The notes under the pieces were generated by a model. It worked only from the letters and a program-made list of their open reading frames with translations. It was not told where the DNA came from and searched no databases. A stretch of DNA of 60,780 nucleotides, filler included, from Sphacelaria rigidula (Eukaryota): NCBI GenBank assembly GCA_964200075.2. It is 6 parts of 6 records of this genome, joined end to end, with 100 filler letters (N's around TTAATTAATTAA, not from the genome) between each part and the next. Parts side by side here need not be neighbours in the genome. Positions count along the whole stretch, not along the records: positions 30,443 to 40,488 come from CAXNAA020007256.1; positions 40,589 to 50,634 come from CAXNAA020007257.1; 4 more parts are not named here. One strand, given 5' to 3'. Below, in pieces: positions 34,946 to 48,808 of the stretch (the first letter of the stretch is position 1; the number at the start of each line of letters is the position of its first letter). The position numbers were made by a program, and so were the translations under genes.

Positions 34946-37900
34946 CCAAATGCATTAAAAAAAGAGAGAAAACGAAAAGGCCAGCTGGGGAAACTAAAAG
35001 AAATATTGAACATGGCCGCAGCCCACTCGCAAGTTGATACTTAAAAAATGTCCTGCGCACTGACTGACAAGTTTTTCTCGTGATGTCGACGTACGGCATG
35101 TCCTGGTTTCGAGTTTTGCGATGGTCTGAGGAGTTAGATCGACTGCAAGGTAAAGACGTCGAGATCGGGGGTGTGCGGATAAACTACAGTACACGGATTC
35201 GTTGAAAAAGCCAACGGCGGACAAAAAGCACAGTCGCAAATGCCGTCGGAAAATGTCGACAGCAACCATGACCCGAACCTGACTTGCCCTGTATGGTACG
35301 CCAAAAACCTTCGATATGTGAAACATGGAGTAAAAGACAAATAGCAGCTATAATACTCGTACACCACAAACAGACAAAAAGATACGTGGTAGTGCAGGGA
35401 AACAGGTACTAAAGCATGATGCTAACGTCTGTCTCCTTGGGTCCAGCTTGAGGTGGCTGACCCACACCGTTTCTTAGATCCACTGCTTTCAACTATAGGG
35501 TACTGTAACTGTACGGTGTACCTGCCCCAACCCCATTCTCGTCACCGCCTTCGTCGGTAGAAGGTCAAAAGAGCCAACTGCAAGAAGCCAGTACAGTACC
35601 GTCAGAACCACAACCGGCTTGTGTCAGTTTGTGATCACGACAGTACAGTACAGTTTCACTGCAGTAATCGAAGCGTTGTACCGGACGATAACAAGAAATG
35701 CAAACCCAGTCAGTGGGAACGTACGCTGCTGCAAAAATAACCCAGTAAGGTTGCTGGGGCACGCTGCGTGTGCGAACATGGTTGACTTCATGAAGCCCCA
35801 CAGCACAGTAAAACAGACATTCACAGAATGCGCGGCTACTTTCGTCAATTTTGATCACAAAAAACCCGAGCATGTGCAACTTCCCAATACAAAAAAAAAT
35901 GTGTCTCTTAGTAACAAGTCGCCCGGTTGCGGAGGAGCCAGCCGTTCGCAGATCAAGCATAGACAGGCGGGCCCCATAAGACATGGGGTACGATATGAAT
36001 AGATCATGAACATGTGTTCATGGGCTCTGGATGGCAAGACTGTACGTGTGCGTAGACGTACCATATAGTCGATACGGGCGGGTACGTGCTACAGGGGGGG
36101 ACTTGGATTTTGCAACCCATCCGTCAGTTTTCGCCTGTATGGAGGACCAATTTCAACGACACAAATACAAAAAAACGCAACCTCGAACGAAAGCCTTTTA
36201 CCACGCGGTATAGCACTGGACCCTAGTGTACAGGTATGTTGTACAGTCAACGTACAGTAGCAAAAGGGGCTCAGTAGTTTCGAAGCTTTTTTGAGGCCGG
36301 TGCTTCTTGGGCCTTCTCATATAGACAAAAATCAAGCTTTTAAGAAACTCGAGGTAGGTATCGTCGGTATGCGCGCACTGGCTGCTACGCCGTGAACCGT
36401 TGTTACTCCATGGTCGGGCAGCAGAGTACAACAGTGTTTGGCTGATCTCGAAAGTATTCGGTGTGGTCGGAAGGGAGTAGGGTCCTCTTTGTTGAGAAGA
36501 CGGTGAAAACTCTACCGCTCTACAGCACTGAACAAAATCCATGACAGCAGTCCCGCTCAGCCTGGGGCGTGTGAAAGATACATTGTGAGCATCAGCGTCA
36601 GCGTCCCCATCGGCGTCAGCATTGCCTGCTTACCCAAACTCATCAACCGCCGGTAACACTAAAGCTACATGGAAAGGAGGACTTGTACACAAAACCTGTG
36701 TACCGCAAGACTGCAGTGTCTACCACTGTACTGTACAAGGCCGAGCTCTAGTAATGTATGGTGAAGTCAATGTACGGGTTTTGGACGTACCACTACAAAC
36801 CAGTAGTATCAGCGATAGAAGACACACACGCAGGACACACCGGGCACTAATGTACCCCCCTGCACGATACTGCGGCATTCTCTGTCAACTACGCCACATC
36901 CTCATCAGTACTGCGAAACATCCCTCCTCCGCTTGAGCTTAAAATTCTGTGATCCTGGGGGGTTGTGGATGGGGGTGCAGGGTCGGACAGAGCGTGTGTA
37001 CCTGCTCCAGGCCTCTGTTCTTGTATCACCTAATGATACGCATAACCAGTTTTTTCCTCCGTCTTGGGTCGTGCGAAGTGTACCCAGAAAGGACGCGCAC
37101 GTATAAGGACAACAAAGTGAGTTTGGTTTCAGAGGCTCTGCCCTACCCAGCAACAGACATAAAGTCAAACAACAGTGAGCCACTGTAGAGTAGCAGGGGC
37201 TATAAATAACCCACTACTAGTTCTGCGGAAGCACAACCAGGCGTCAAGGGCTTGTGTATGTGGGCATGCCCCCTACAACCCTTCCCTATATCAACACAAC
37301 GACTTTGGGCTCTGAAAAAGAAAGGGGAACAGGGAGTTATCGTTCCTTGTGCGAAAAATTTGACGCAAATTAAGATGACTTGACCGAAGAGCAAAAAACA
37401 CTTCGAAGTGGCCCGGCTGTGTTGACCGCATACACAACAAAACTGCACCTTTTTTAAACGCGTGAGATCGTTTCGGGCGCCCTCCCCACGCTCTCGAACA
37501 ACCTCGAATGTTCTCCGCTGTGTTTCCATGTTGGAAAAATACGCGTCGAACTCGCCACCCCCTCACGGACCATAGGTTGGCCTTCGATGTACTGAGGCTG
37601 TATTGTCCGCGAGCTACTAATGAGTAAGTAGGCGTGTTTATTCCACGGAGTCTGTTTTTTATTTTTGGTGCGGTATCGTTTTGTCGTTTCGTCGTTTCAT
37701 CATTTCATCCAAGACGCTTGGCAATCGAGTAGGATGTCCTCCTCACGTCACACTAGGTCGATTCCTCAATACAATTATGCTGCAGACGCCTAGATATATG
37801 CTATACTCTCCAGCACTGTATCTGGGCCTCGCCCGGCATGTCTCAATCATGTACAGTAAATACGCACGAACGACGCAGAGATTAGCGCATCAATTTGGTA

Positions 37901-39952
37901 CTTCGAATATCTGTAGGTCCCCGTACGCAGTTTTTGTAGTGCGAGCAGCAGCGAACTGTCATGAGATTGAGCACGCAGCCGAGACGACGTGGTGCAACAC
38001 AGAGAACACACCTGTAGCCCATTGTTACAGCGCACACGCACGTAGTGATATACGTGCGCGTGCGCACACGACTTTTCAGTGCGCGCTGCCCGTGCCCCGA
38101 GTCCTGTCTCAGAGTCTTCATGGACATGTATTATGGTATACGGGTGAAATGAAGGTTGAAGTATATCGGGGCCTGAGTTTGGACACCTCCAACCGGAAGA
38201 CAGCGCCTGCACAAGTAATCTATTTCAATACATGATAGGTATCCTGTGCAAGCGTGTGTATGGCGAAGCTCATCTTCGAACTCCACAAAACACGGAAGTA
38301 TACAGCAGCCCTCCGACAGTCTCACACGACAGATGGGCGATCTGTGCGAGGAGACACGTGCAGCGGCGAAACTGCTGCGGTGACGGCAATTTGTGACACA
38401 CGTGCCGTATGCACAGTCCATGGGAGAAACCACCCACGGCTTTGGTGACAGGCGGGGTGCTTCCCAAAATTTGGAATGTTTCATCAGTCGTAAATACCAG
38501 GTACCCCTGCAGACCGTGTGCGAGCGAACGTCTCTATCCATTCTATCACTACTACTGTGTTGTGCCGTGATATATTAATATTCTGCCTTCTTTGGTGGTC
38601 AGGTCATGATGAGAAAATCTTACACCCCTTCCTCGCGGTACCCTGTGGCGAGGAAGTAGACAGTCATTGATTCGACTTGACGCGGTATGTACCCCAGCCC
38701 CCAGAACCAAACGCCCCTTCAGATAATGATGTTGGCCCTTGACGCATTTTGGCGGATTTCCGTAGTCAGCGAGGCCTGCGTACGGTCGATCATGGCTACG
38801 GACCATGACATCTCAACACTCAAGTAGCGTTCAGTTCAATATTCCGTCGAGAACAACAACATGGGGAAACCTGTTCGATCTCCCTCGAGCTATTGGTGAT
38901 TATTATGCAGCCAGAGTTTTGCTACCCTCCAAGGGGGTTGGAAATGTGCACTCATGTCTGGCCGGGCAAGAAAAAGATATAATCTATTTTGGTCATGAAA
39001 TGGGTGGTGGGGACGAGCACGCGGCATATCTACGTTTCGCGATGCTTGTATTTGACAGGTGGCGTGGCGGCCTTCGTGGACGTCGTGATCAGATAACCGT
39101 GAACTCATCAGGCAGGGCTGTTGCCGTGCCAGCGTATCTGAAATGACATCGTCGCTGGCTACCAACCTGCTCTTGCACTTTGCCACGAGGTCCGCCTAGC
39201 AAAAAATCCAGAAGTCTCATTCCGCAGGGGCCTGGGGGGAGGGATGTCGATAATACAACTGAGTGATACGAGAGGAGCTGATCAGTTTGTAGGCGTGTCA
39301 TTCTGGGGGTGTTGCCATATTCTTGTGTCCGTGTTCGTTGCATCTCCCCTGTCGATGGTCAACACGATATACCAGACATTGAACGCGCCAACATGATCTA
39401 CCTTGCAGATGGACGAGAATGAACGAAGAGGAATGTCTTTTCCGAGAGCGCGGGGGAATGGCACCGACTTGCCCCTGAGACGCCCGATGGCAACTGAGAA
39501 CCATGTGTGCGATGGAGCAGCATGTCGCATTTCACCGAGGGTTGAGTAAACCAGAGCGGCAACAACAATGTATGTGTGTCTTGCGCCTATCTGACAGCTC
39601 ATATGCCAACAACGTTTTCGTGATATTGAGAGTAGAGCGCTGATTGAGAGTGGCTTTGATCATACGATTTAACTCAGCCAATTTTTCGTTTCGTATGTGC
39701 TTTCCTTTGCCTCCATAACTGGCATGTGCTTACAGCTACACGTCGATATCCTACTCAGGGATATGAGGCGCCTCAGTGGCAAGCTATTGCAGAAAGCATA
39801 TGGGGTCTCGTGGAGGGGCATTTCGGTACTGAAACATTTTTTTTCACTAACTGATCGCTTTTCACTCTCAATCGTATATCTCACGAAAACGTTCTCAATG
39901 CGTGTGTCCAAGGGTCCGTCAAAAAAATATTTCGGGACACGAAGACCCCAAG

Positions 39953-40230
39953 ATCGAAAATTCCACACGTCGGACAGGTCATGAGCTACGTGATAGATCT
40001 AATCGAAGAGAACTCTTAGATCCATTGTACAAAAACACAAAACGCGTGACAGCAGTGTCCAAGAAGCCAAAGCGTTACCTTCCCGCTACGCCGCATGCTC
40101 GGGGTCCATCGCTGTCGAGAGCTAATACGGAAATAGTGACCTAGTGAGCTAGCTCATGATCCGGATCAGTTCTCTAATACCAAGTAATATCCAGGTAGCT
40201 CATGAGCTGTCCGACGTGTGGAAAATTCGA
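39953..40230. mobile_element. MITE with ~35 bp TIR
   Basis: TCGAAAATTCCACACGTCGGACAGGTCATGAGCTAC / GTAGCTCATGAGCTGTCCGACGTGTGGAAAATTCGA. Confidence 0.75.
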
Positions 40231-40488
40231 GTATTTCAGGCGGGGGCGGCACCCAGCCTTCTGTCTCCTAGTTTATTGCCGAGGCATTGGCGGATACGGT
40301 CAGCTGCCTTGTACAGAGATCCTTGGCATGGAGACCGCTGAGATGACGGACACATCGCCTCTCCAAGCTTATCACCTACCATGATTACATTTATGGGATC
40401 ATGTTCCGTGTCGTGTGCCTCGACTTCATACCACTAGTCCGGAAAAATTTGGCGAGTCTTGAAATAATGTTGCTACTTTGGTTACAGG

Positions 40489-40588
40489 NNNNNNNNNNNN
40501 NNNNNNNNNNNNNNNNNNNNNNNNNNNNNNNNTTAATTAATTAANNNNNNNNNNNNNNNNNNNNNNNNNNNNNNNNNNNNNNNNNNNN
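40489..40588. other. Artificial contig linker
   Basis: N44-TTAATTAATTAA-N44. Confidence 0.98.
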
Positions 40589-40618
40589 GGCGGGGGGGGG
40601 GGGGGGGGGTGGGGGGGG

Positions 40619-40650
<32 letters not shown>

Positions 40651-41385
40651 AGGGATGCACGGAAAAAAGGAAGACGAACAGAGCGTGTCACGGCTTCTCG
40701 GCCAAAAGAGGATATCGGACAGTGGAGACTGAGGGCTACGGTGAACGACCGTGGTGATGCAGTAGAAAGCACTCTGCACTTCGCCTACAGAAGTGCTTCG
40801 GGAGGCAAGCAGGTCTTTTTTAGTGGTTCCGATTCGCTTCCCCGGCAATTCTTGCAGGGGGGCGGGGGATGGAGTAGATGCATTGCTCTTGAACGGATAC
40901 AAAGTGGCAACGTTCGCCCGCCATCTATGGACGGTCCTTCTCGGTTTCGGGTTCTCTGGCCGGCGTACTGTTGTACGTAATTTTTGTGCGCTGGGGTATA
41001 GCCACAGCACTTGTTCTCATCTGCCGACACTAGGTTAGCAGCACCCGGCGAGCGTTACTCTTGAGGGTAAAACTTGTGCGCTGGTTTCAAGTTGCGATAC
41101 TCGTCACGATCTACCAACATCGACGTTTTAGGTTAGCTCGGCCATTACGTTGACAATGATAATTCTCCTTTCATGGACCGTTTCATCTCGCGGCCCCAAT
41201 CCGTACGGACGCCACCACGGGTAGTCTTTGCTTTGCCTATTGTAAGCGTCACCGTCGTATTTCTCCCTTGTTTTTCAACACAGTTATCAAAGAAAGTTGT
41301 CGATCTTGACAGTGCACCTCCCTCCCGACTATTTTCAAAATAGGAGCCGCTGTGCTTGTGATCGATCTACTCCCAACAAACCAAC

Positions 41386-41611
41386 CTGCTCCACGCTGTC
41401 GAACTGCAGGCGGGAAATATCCGCCAGCTCCTTCTTCGATGGACATAGACCGTCCAGCGATATCTCGCCACCGAACCCTCTCTCCAACGCCACTCCCGCC
41501 GGTAGTCCAAATTCCCTACCCCGATCCCCACGTGCCCTTGCGCTCTCAAGCTCGGCCCCGCGCCCCCGATACAACAAGCTCAACACGGATATACGATACC
41601 GTTTGCCTTCC
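41386..41611 (-). CDS. STK11IP/nischarin-like LRR protein, LRR-cap exon
   Basis: aag|G acceptor in phase with the previous exon; EGKRYRISVLSLL...ISLDGLCPSKKEL; CAG|gttggt donor. Confidence 0.75.
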
Positions 41612-41902
41612 CTTCACCAAGGCCAGAAGCAAATAAAACGGGGATAACGGAATGGGAGATGGGGGGATGAGGGGTCAGAATCACCCAGACTTGTTACAGA
41701 CCACAGCAACAGCTCGCCCTATGGATTATAGAGCTCGAACACAAAAAGAAGTGCCTCTTTTAGTTTGCTTGACTGGCGGAGTATATGACACTGGAGCGGA
41801 AGACAGTATGCCGAAACATGACATTTCAGATGAAGCTTTGAAAAACGATTGCGTCATGCTCAGGGAGTAAGATCCGGACCGTCGGGTGTACAATAAAATA
41901 AC

Positions 41903-42090
41903 CAGGGCTATACACGTTACACGTTCACGTTCACGTTACGTTCATAACGTAAAATAAATGAACGTTCACGTTATGTGACGTGTGTCACGTAAAATAAATA
42001 TAACGTTACGTTAACATTATATTTGAAAATTCGACGTTACGTTCACATTACGTTTATCACGTAAAAAAAATACGTTCACGTTACGTTAAA
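41903..42090. mobile_element. Left end of an hAT-like ACGT-rich element (intronic)
   Basis: CAGGGCTATACACGTTACACGTTCACG then many ACGTT(A/C)AC words; related to 484-1048. Confidence 0.55.
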
Positions 42091-43021
42091 ATAACCAACT
42101 TGCAAAAAGCAATTGGGACCAGGGGGGCAGCGGTGGAGGCGCGATGAATGATGGCGCAGCAGAGAGTAGCACATATCACCACATCCGGCGCTTTTCACTA
42201 GAAAACTGAATACAGCCAGTTCCAGGTATAATTCGCAGCGGAAAGCAACACAATATGCAGGGTGAGAGTCGACGTCGTGGCTTCATCGACGAATACGGGC
42301 GAAAGATGGCAGAGCTCGGGACCAAGTTATACGATGCTTAGGATGTAATCGCGCAAGAGGGATGAAACTGACTTCTCCGGAAAACCAAACACTCGGTTCA
42401 TCCCGCACAGATCCCATGGAGACCCGCACACACGAATGGGCACATGCAAAAACAATCGACAACGAGAAAAAAACGCCGTTCATCGCAAGAATTTCCCGCC
42501 ATGTTGCAGTCGGTTGCCCGATCGCCAGCAACGCACTACGTTGGAACCTCGCAGAGTACTCATGTAGTGCAGGTGAAAGTGATAAGGTTCTAGCGGGCGA
42601 GAATCGACACAAGAATCAAACCACCTGTCCGGTGTGACCCTGCACTCTTGAGGGACCGCACAGTACGTGGGACCGCGACTTTGCGTGACAAATGCGATTC
42701 ACTCGGCTTTCAGCTAATTTTCCTCTCTTTACCTTGACCCCCTACAGCAACGCCTTCACGACGCCGGTCTTGCGCGCCGAGCCTCCCAAACAAGCCCTGT
42801 TATTCCGGCTGTTGCCCGCAGTGTTCAGGGGGGGGGAGGGAAGGAGGGGGCTCTACGGAGTCCGACAACCGATATTCAGGTGTCATTTTCCATCGCATCA
42901 ACGAAGCAGAAAAAAACAGCACCCTTTTCAATGAAAGGTTCGCAAAAAGGAAGCGGTCCTGCAAGGCGACATCCTTCATCAAGTATTCCGCACATCCAGT
43001 CCTCTTTCCCAAAACACTCAC

Positions 43022-43237
43022 TCCTTTTCCAACGGGTTTCCCTCCAGCCTGACTCGTCTCAGCAAAGGCAAGGCCGACAGCCGTGCCGCGTGTTCCAGCC
43101 CCCGAATGGCGTTGTGCGACAAATCCACCTCTTCGAGGGAAAATACCCGTTCTAGCCCAGCCGTAGACGAGATGCGGTTTCCTCGGAGGTTCAAAGACCG
43201 CAGGTTGCCCACAACAATGTGTATCCCTTGCAGCGTC
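43022..43237 (-). CDS. STK11IP/nischarin-like LRR protein, LRR exon
   Basis: TLQGIHIVVGNLRSLNLRGNRISSTAGLERVFSLEEVDLSHNAI...LRRVRLEGNPLEK; cag| acceptor, |gtgagt donor. Confidence 0.9.
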
Positions 43238-45260
43238 CTGTTATTTTGCAGTGAGAGGAGCCGGGGCATGTTTTTTCTCCGGATTAAGTGATGAGAGTTG
43301 AGAGAATTTTACTCCGGGATATACTTACCCGTGGACGCGGTGTCAACCCTCGGAGATCCGCAGTTCTTGCGTGGGAAACAAGAGCTCCAAGGTTAGTAGT
43401 TGGTGGGTCATGGCCAATATTATGCTACATCCAAGTTCGAATAAGAAATGTCGTAAATACGTACGCTCGCCCATTTTACGACATCGCACAGCATTCATGC
43501 TCCAGTGTCTTCATATCTGCCAATCCGAAAAGTTGGTGAACTGGCATCCATTTTCATAATGCTTTGGCAGTGAAGGTTCCGAATTATGCAGTGAAAGGGC
43601 CAAGATAACTCCCGCGGCGCGATTCCGGGCAGATTCGTGCAAACGGATACGCTGACAAGAAGTACAATATCCTGGTCGCTGGCAATGCCCGCGGACAGTT
43701 TCTTGCTGCGAGGCCGTTGACAGAAGCCCGTTACCCCGCTTGGAAACAATCTTCAAGGGACATTTACTCTTCGGATGGTTAACAAAAATATAAGCACAAG
43801 TCTATGAATCTATAGGGATCTATCGATCTTTGTCTTCGTTTCTGTGCTCTCTCTTGTATACTTTTCTTCTCCTCCTGCTATTTATTTATTTATTTTTCTT
43901 GTACGTCTTCGTCTACTAGTACCATGTCGTTATCCCCTACTTTTTTTCTTCTTTTCTTCTTTTTTATTCTCCATCGACTGTTTCAGTTTTTTTGTGTCTC
44001 CGGTACGTCTATCATGCGACCACGGCTGGATCCCTGGGAGGTCAGGAGGAGTGCGAATAATCGACCTATCACTCGATGAACCAATTAATCACTTGCCGCT
44101 GACGCAAAGGCGATCCCGCTGGCGACGGAACAATCACCCGAAAACCGCACCGATCGCATCGATGGAAGACCGCACAGATTTTGGCCAAGATATCAACATC
44201 GTTGACATGGTAAGAGTGGACCCTGTGGAGGGCGCAAGTGGCCGCCTCCTGAGCGATTCGCAGTTTAAATAAGGAGCGTGGACACCGCCAGAAGCGGCGG
44301 TATCAACGGCAACGGCAACAGCAACAGGGCCATCATCATCACCACCATCAACATCAAAAACAGCATCCGGAAAAAAAGGGTGTTGAGAGCATGGTTCGAC
44401 CATGACTAAAACCACTTTTTCTCGATCATCCGAGATGGGGAGATCCATAAATTCTTCTCAAATCCTTCTTGCTTCACAAACATTTTTTTTTAATATTCCA
44501 ACAGCGGTCAAGAAAGGTGGTCGTCACGTTTTGCTCCATCATTCATGTTTTGCAGTTGTGGTCGTTGACCGCAATAACCCGAAAACCAGCTGAAGGCCTC
44601 TTAGCTGTAGGCATAGACACACACGAGGCGAATGGAGCCGGGGAAATACTGAGTGCATACAGTACAGAGAAGTAGTACAACGCAATACCGTACCCACCCG
44701 TTCCGTAAAATGTTGTTGTTGGTAGACCCTCGTGTATTTCAGTACATACAATGACCCGTGCACGCTTCAGTAGGATACTTACACACCAGGAGTAAGACAG
44801 GCAGCAGCCTAGGTGGCCTTGTATCACGCGGTATAGGATGTAAAGGAGACAATACTAGGTACGGCAGCGGGTATAGCACAGAAAAATCGGTGTACAACCT
44901 TTGCTATTCGTTTGTCCATTGTCGGATCCCTTTGCACCAAGGACGCATCCCCAGGAAAGAAAGTGGTTCAAAGTGCGACAAATGATGAAAAAATAAAAAA
45001 AAATGTGGCACTCCCTCACGTCCGAACTCATTCGAACCCTATTTGGTTACATTTCAGCATGATAACTCACACGAAAAACTGGCTACAGGTTTTCTTCCTC
45101 GATGTAGCCGCCAACGGCAAACTATTTGCAGTCGATAAAGTAGGGACGGGAGTCGCGGAGCATTCGACACGGTGAGAACTTGAAAATTAAAAACGAGATC
45201 TGGTTCGGGTTATGTCGTACCACTTTCGGAAACACATTAATAACAGGGTACACACAAGCA

Positions 45261-45665
45261 GGTCGCCCCGGTGGCTCAGTTGGTAACCTCGAAATCTCAT
45301 GACAGTTGGGACGTGGGGTTTTAACTTCAGTGAAGTCGCACGACGTGAGATTTTTTTTTCACATCATGTCCAACAGTGGAGAGCGACTATGTACTGGGTA
45401 CACACAACTCGACTTCACGGTCGACGAGGGAAAGAGACCGCTGAACCCTCCTCGCGAGAAAAAAAAAAGGGGAAGCGCAGCAGAAGGACGGTGGGGTACT
45501 GAAACAGAACAAAAAATAAAAATAAAAATAAAAACAAAAACTCCCGTGTGTTGAACTTCCTCGTCTGTGACCCCGGCTGATGCACCCACATATACCGAGA
45601 GGCGTAGACTGGCGTGCAGAATAGATGGGATGCCAAGGCACCCACACCCACACACCCACACACTC
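45261..45665 (+). mobile_element. tRNA-headed SINE, full-length-like
   Basis: GGTCGCCCCGGTGGCTCAGTTGGTA (A box), degenerate B box, body shared with three other copies, CA-rich tail. Confidence 0.75.
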
Positions 45666-45712
45666 AAAAGCTGTGGACAATGACTAGTACGAATACGGGT
45701 AGCGCGACTCAC

Positions 45713-45868
45713 TCGACGAGGTTGTAGCTGAGATCGAGTTCCTCAAGGGCCGCGCAGTCCTGCAAGAACTCTATCCTCGACACGCGGTTGTGCGCCAGGG
45801 TCAGTCGCTTCACTCTCGGGAGCAGACGCAGCGAGACATCCAGCTCGCGAAGCCCGCACCCATACACA
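45713..45868 (-). CDS. STK11IP/nischarin-like LRR protein, LRR exon
   Basis: VYGCGLRELDVSLRLLPRVKRLTLAHNRVSRIEFLQDCAALEELDLSYNLVE; canonical, phase-compatible splice sites. Confidence 0.9.
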
Positions 45869-46409
45869 CTGCGCACGAAAAACAGCAGCAAAACATATGC
45901 GAAGCGCTCACTTGTTGCGCACAGCAGTCCACACGACAGTAGCAATCACGCAGCTGTACGATGGCTCGCACCAAGGGACAAAGCTCTTGTCATACCGTCC
46001 GAAGCCTCTCAGCTCCATGATGTGGCCAGTGTCTCTTGCGGAGAAGCGCTGTGGTGTTGAAGGAGAAGATGAACGAAGAGCCTGCTGCGGTGGCTTCCCA
46101 AGGTCACGAACGATAGACACGGTATACACCCGCCCCACACGACGAAGACAATCAAGACGCGATCTCGAGTGTTTCCCGTAATCCCACAACAGTGCCCCAT
46201 AAAAAAAAAAGTAGTACAGCGTTGACAACACCATCGCTGGATATGTTGCACAGCATATAGCATATCAGTAAGATGGCCATCTCGTTTGGCAAAGCGTGTA
46301 ATATACAACGACAAACAAATGCCCTCGTCGCTCTCATTCCGAGCACCAAGTCACGTAACACGGTTCTCTCCCCCATGACTCGTGCCATCAACAGCAATCA
46401 GGCTCTCAC

Positions 46410-46815
46410 CTCAGCACCTCAAGACAGGACCAGCGCAAGGCCGGCGTTCCACTCCCCAGTCTCAACTCCAGCCTCGCAAGCTCTCCAACTCCCGTCCCCG
46501 ATATCCCCTCGTCAGCCGCCGACCCGGTCGCAGAGCACGGGGTGATTATTGCCGCTGAAGAAGATTTGTGCATTTTGCCGAGCTCATCGGCGTCGGGGTT
46601 GGCGTCAACGGCGGAGGCAGTGCCATCTTTCTCGCTTGTTCGACGGCGAACCTCCGCGAGAGAAATTATGTGGGGCACGCGTGAAACAGCTCGCATCTTT
46701 GAGGGTGGCGCGGTATTTTTCGCAGCGGTCGCAGACGAGAGGAGAGCCTGGAGGCTCACCAGCGGCGCCCGCTCGAAGCGTAGACTCTTCAGCTGCATAC
46801 GCATGGTGAAGAGGC
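46410..46815 (-). CDS. STK11IP/nischarin-like LRR protein, exon
   Basis: GLFTMRMQLKSLRFERAPLVSLQALL...ALRWSCLEVL; aacag| acceptor, AG|gtgag donor; phases fit both neighbours. Confidence 0.75.
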
Positions 46816-48119
46816 CTGTTCGTTTGTTTTGTACGATATTGTTTTCCGGGACAAAATGAGGATGCCCCCATCCCCCCAGTTTGCGTGCGTTGTGGAGAAC
46901 GTGAGTGCTTACTGCAAAAAAAGGACAGAGAAACGAGCAAAGCCATTGAAGAGGGAAACAAGAACTAGAACGTTTTCCAACTCTAGGTAGGTAGTTGAAC
47001 ACTAAAATTCGAGCATTTACTACTTCGGGGCATACGGGTCGCAAGTTGATTGCTCGAGGTCATACCAACGCAAGCGGCACGAGAAGAATACAAATGAGAG
47101 GCCGGTTGAGAGACACGTTGCGTCTAACATTGTACGCAACCAACGCTGCGCAGATTCCGCGCTAGTCCATGGACTATATCTGGGGTGAATCAAGAGAAAC
47201 CGTTCGGGATCCAGGGGCTGGTGGGTGACCCGTGTATTACAGTTGATTCCACCACTTGGGGTTTGGTGCGTCACTCCACTCATTTCCAGGTGCATTTCCC
47301 AACAACAGCTCTCCACAAAAGGAAATTGCCATGGTGGGGTGACGTTTCGAAAAATACTAATATCGAGGGGATTTTGTATTCCGAAACGCCGAGTCTGCTC
47401 CTTCACCCGAGACACGCCATCAGGGGATGGGGCACACAAGAACAAAAGCAGCAGAAGCAACTGCCCTCAGTAAGAGGGTGTCGAGAAATAAAAAAGCAAT
47501 ATTCAGCACCTGTGGCATCGCTACGGGAAGGCGTTCAAGCAACGTCGCCGAGTCAGCAGAACGTACACTCTATTACTAGGTGAAGGCTTCATTGCACATG
47601 GAAATTCTCAGTAGTTTGAGCCCCCGGCTGGCCGTGGTCCCTGGGGGTAATTGCGGCTGGTGTTCCAGAGCAATTGCGTTGACCTCACCGTTACTACATT
47701 GGCTCTACATCCACGAGGTTAATCACGTGCTCATTCGAGCATCCTCTGGAATCTAATGGCGCTGCAAAGCCATCCTGAAGTCTCTCACTCACATCACGGG
47801 CAGATATTCTCGTGGACATATATCGGACAAAACTTGTGCCTACAATCGAAAGTGAAGTTTCATCACTACCAAAGAGGTCAATTTAAAGCTGAGACACAGG
47901 GCAACACGCGAAACGCTGTCCTAGGCAGCGTCCGCACAAGCCTTCAACTTGTCAGACATCGCGCTTCGCTTTCTCCACAAATCCCATCGGACCATATTCG
48001 GCTAGTAAGTACAAGAACAAAACTTGCGAATTCGAACAAATTTCAGTGAAACATGCATACAAAAAAAAACTTCGTGAATCTGCCTCTGCTCCCCCCCCCC
48101 CCCCCCCCCCCCCGCGCGC

Positions 48120-48667
48120 CTCCAAGTTTCGGGTGGGGGGCCTAGACCTGCCAGAAAGAAGAAGAGGTATAACAGTGGCCGGGTGGAGGCGTGAGTAGAT
48201 GCGCAGAGTTTCCGCTGTGGAAAAGCAATAGAGAGTAGAACCCATACATAGTGGCAGGTTGTGAACTATTCAAGGAGGAATGAGACGTGTTACCCTTTTG
48301 GAACCCACTCACGATTTTTGTTTGTGTGAATCGGCATTATGTTGACTTGAAAATGACTGAAAACGATGCCGATTCACAAAAACGAAAAATCGTCAATGGG
48401 TTCCAAAAGGGTTCACAGGGGGGAATGTGGGATGTAAACGGAGGCGGCCTGAAATCATTTGGTATGTCAGACTGTAGCGAGAAAACGGTCGCTATACTAG
48501 GAGATGGACGGTGGCCACAGACGGCGAAACAGGAAGGGGAAAAGAGATGTAAAGCGTTCTTGTGAATGACCGCCTAGATGTTGGAGGTATCTCCATCAGG
48601 AGTAGGAACGGTACCCCACCTCGAAAGGGATGCGTGGTCAATAGTCAAACGACAACAAATAAGTACG
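48120..48667 (+). mobile_element. LINE 3' fragment (intronic) interrupted by a TTAA-type MITE
   Basis: FRVGGLDLPERRR...SEKTVAILGDGRWPQTAKQEG...GGISIRSRNG; same family as 29020-30245. Confidence 0.8.
48289..48414. mobile_element. piggyBac-type MITE family B copy
   Basis: CCCTTTTGGAACCCA...TGGGTTCCAAAAGGG; internal GAATCGGCAT...GATGCCGATTCACAAA as at 22559. Confidence 0.7.
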
Positions 48668-48808
48668 ACCCCAAGTAAAAGCGCACATCCTGGGGCATGC
48701 TCTACTGCGATATGAGCGTTTTGGGTGTTTCGGGCACCAAGGCATTCGTTCAACGTTCAACATTCCACGTGCACGGTAAAAATCGACCAGCAGTCACCGA
48801 CAATTCAC

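Noticed and set aside
44134-44448. Protein-like ORF inside an LRR-gene intron
   Set aside because: The flanking LRR exons join in frame without it and no domain is recognisable.
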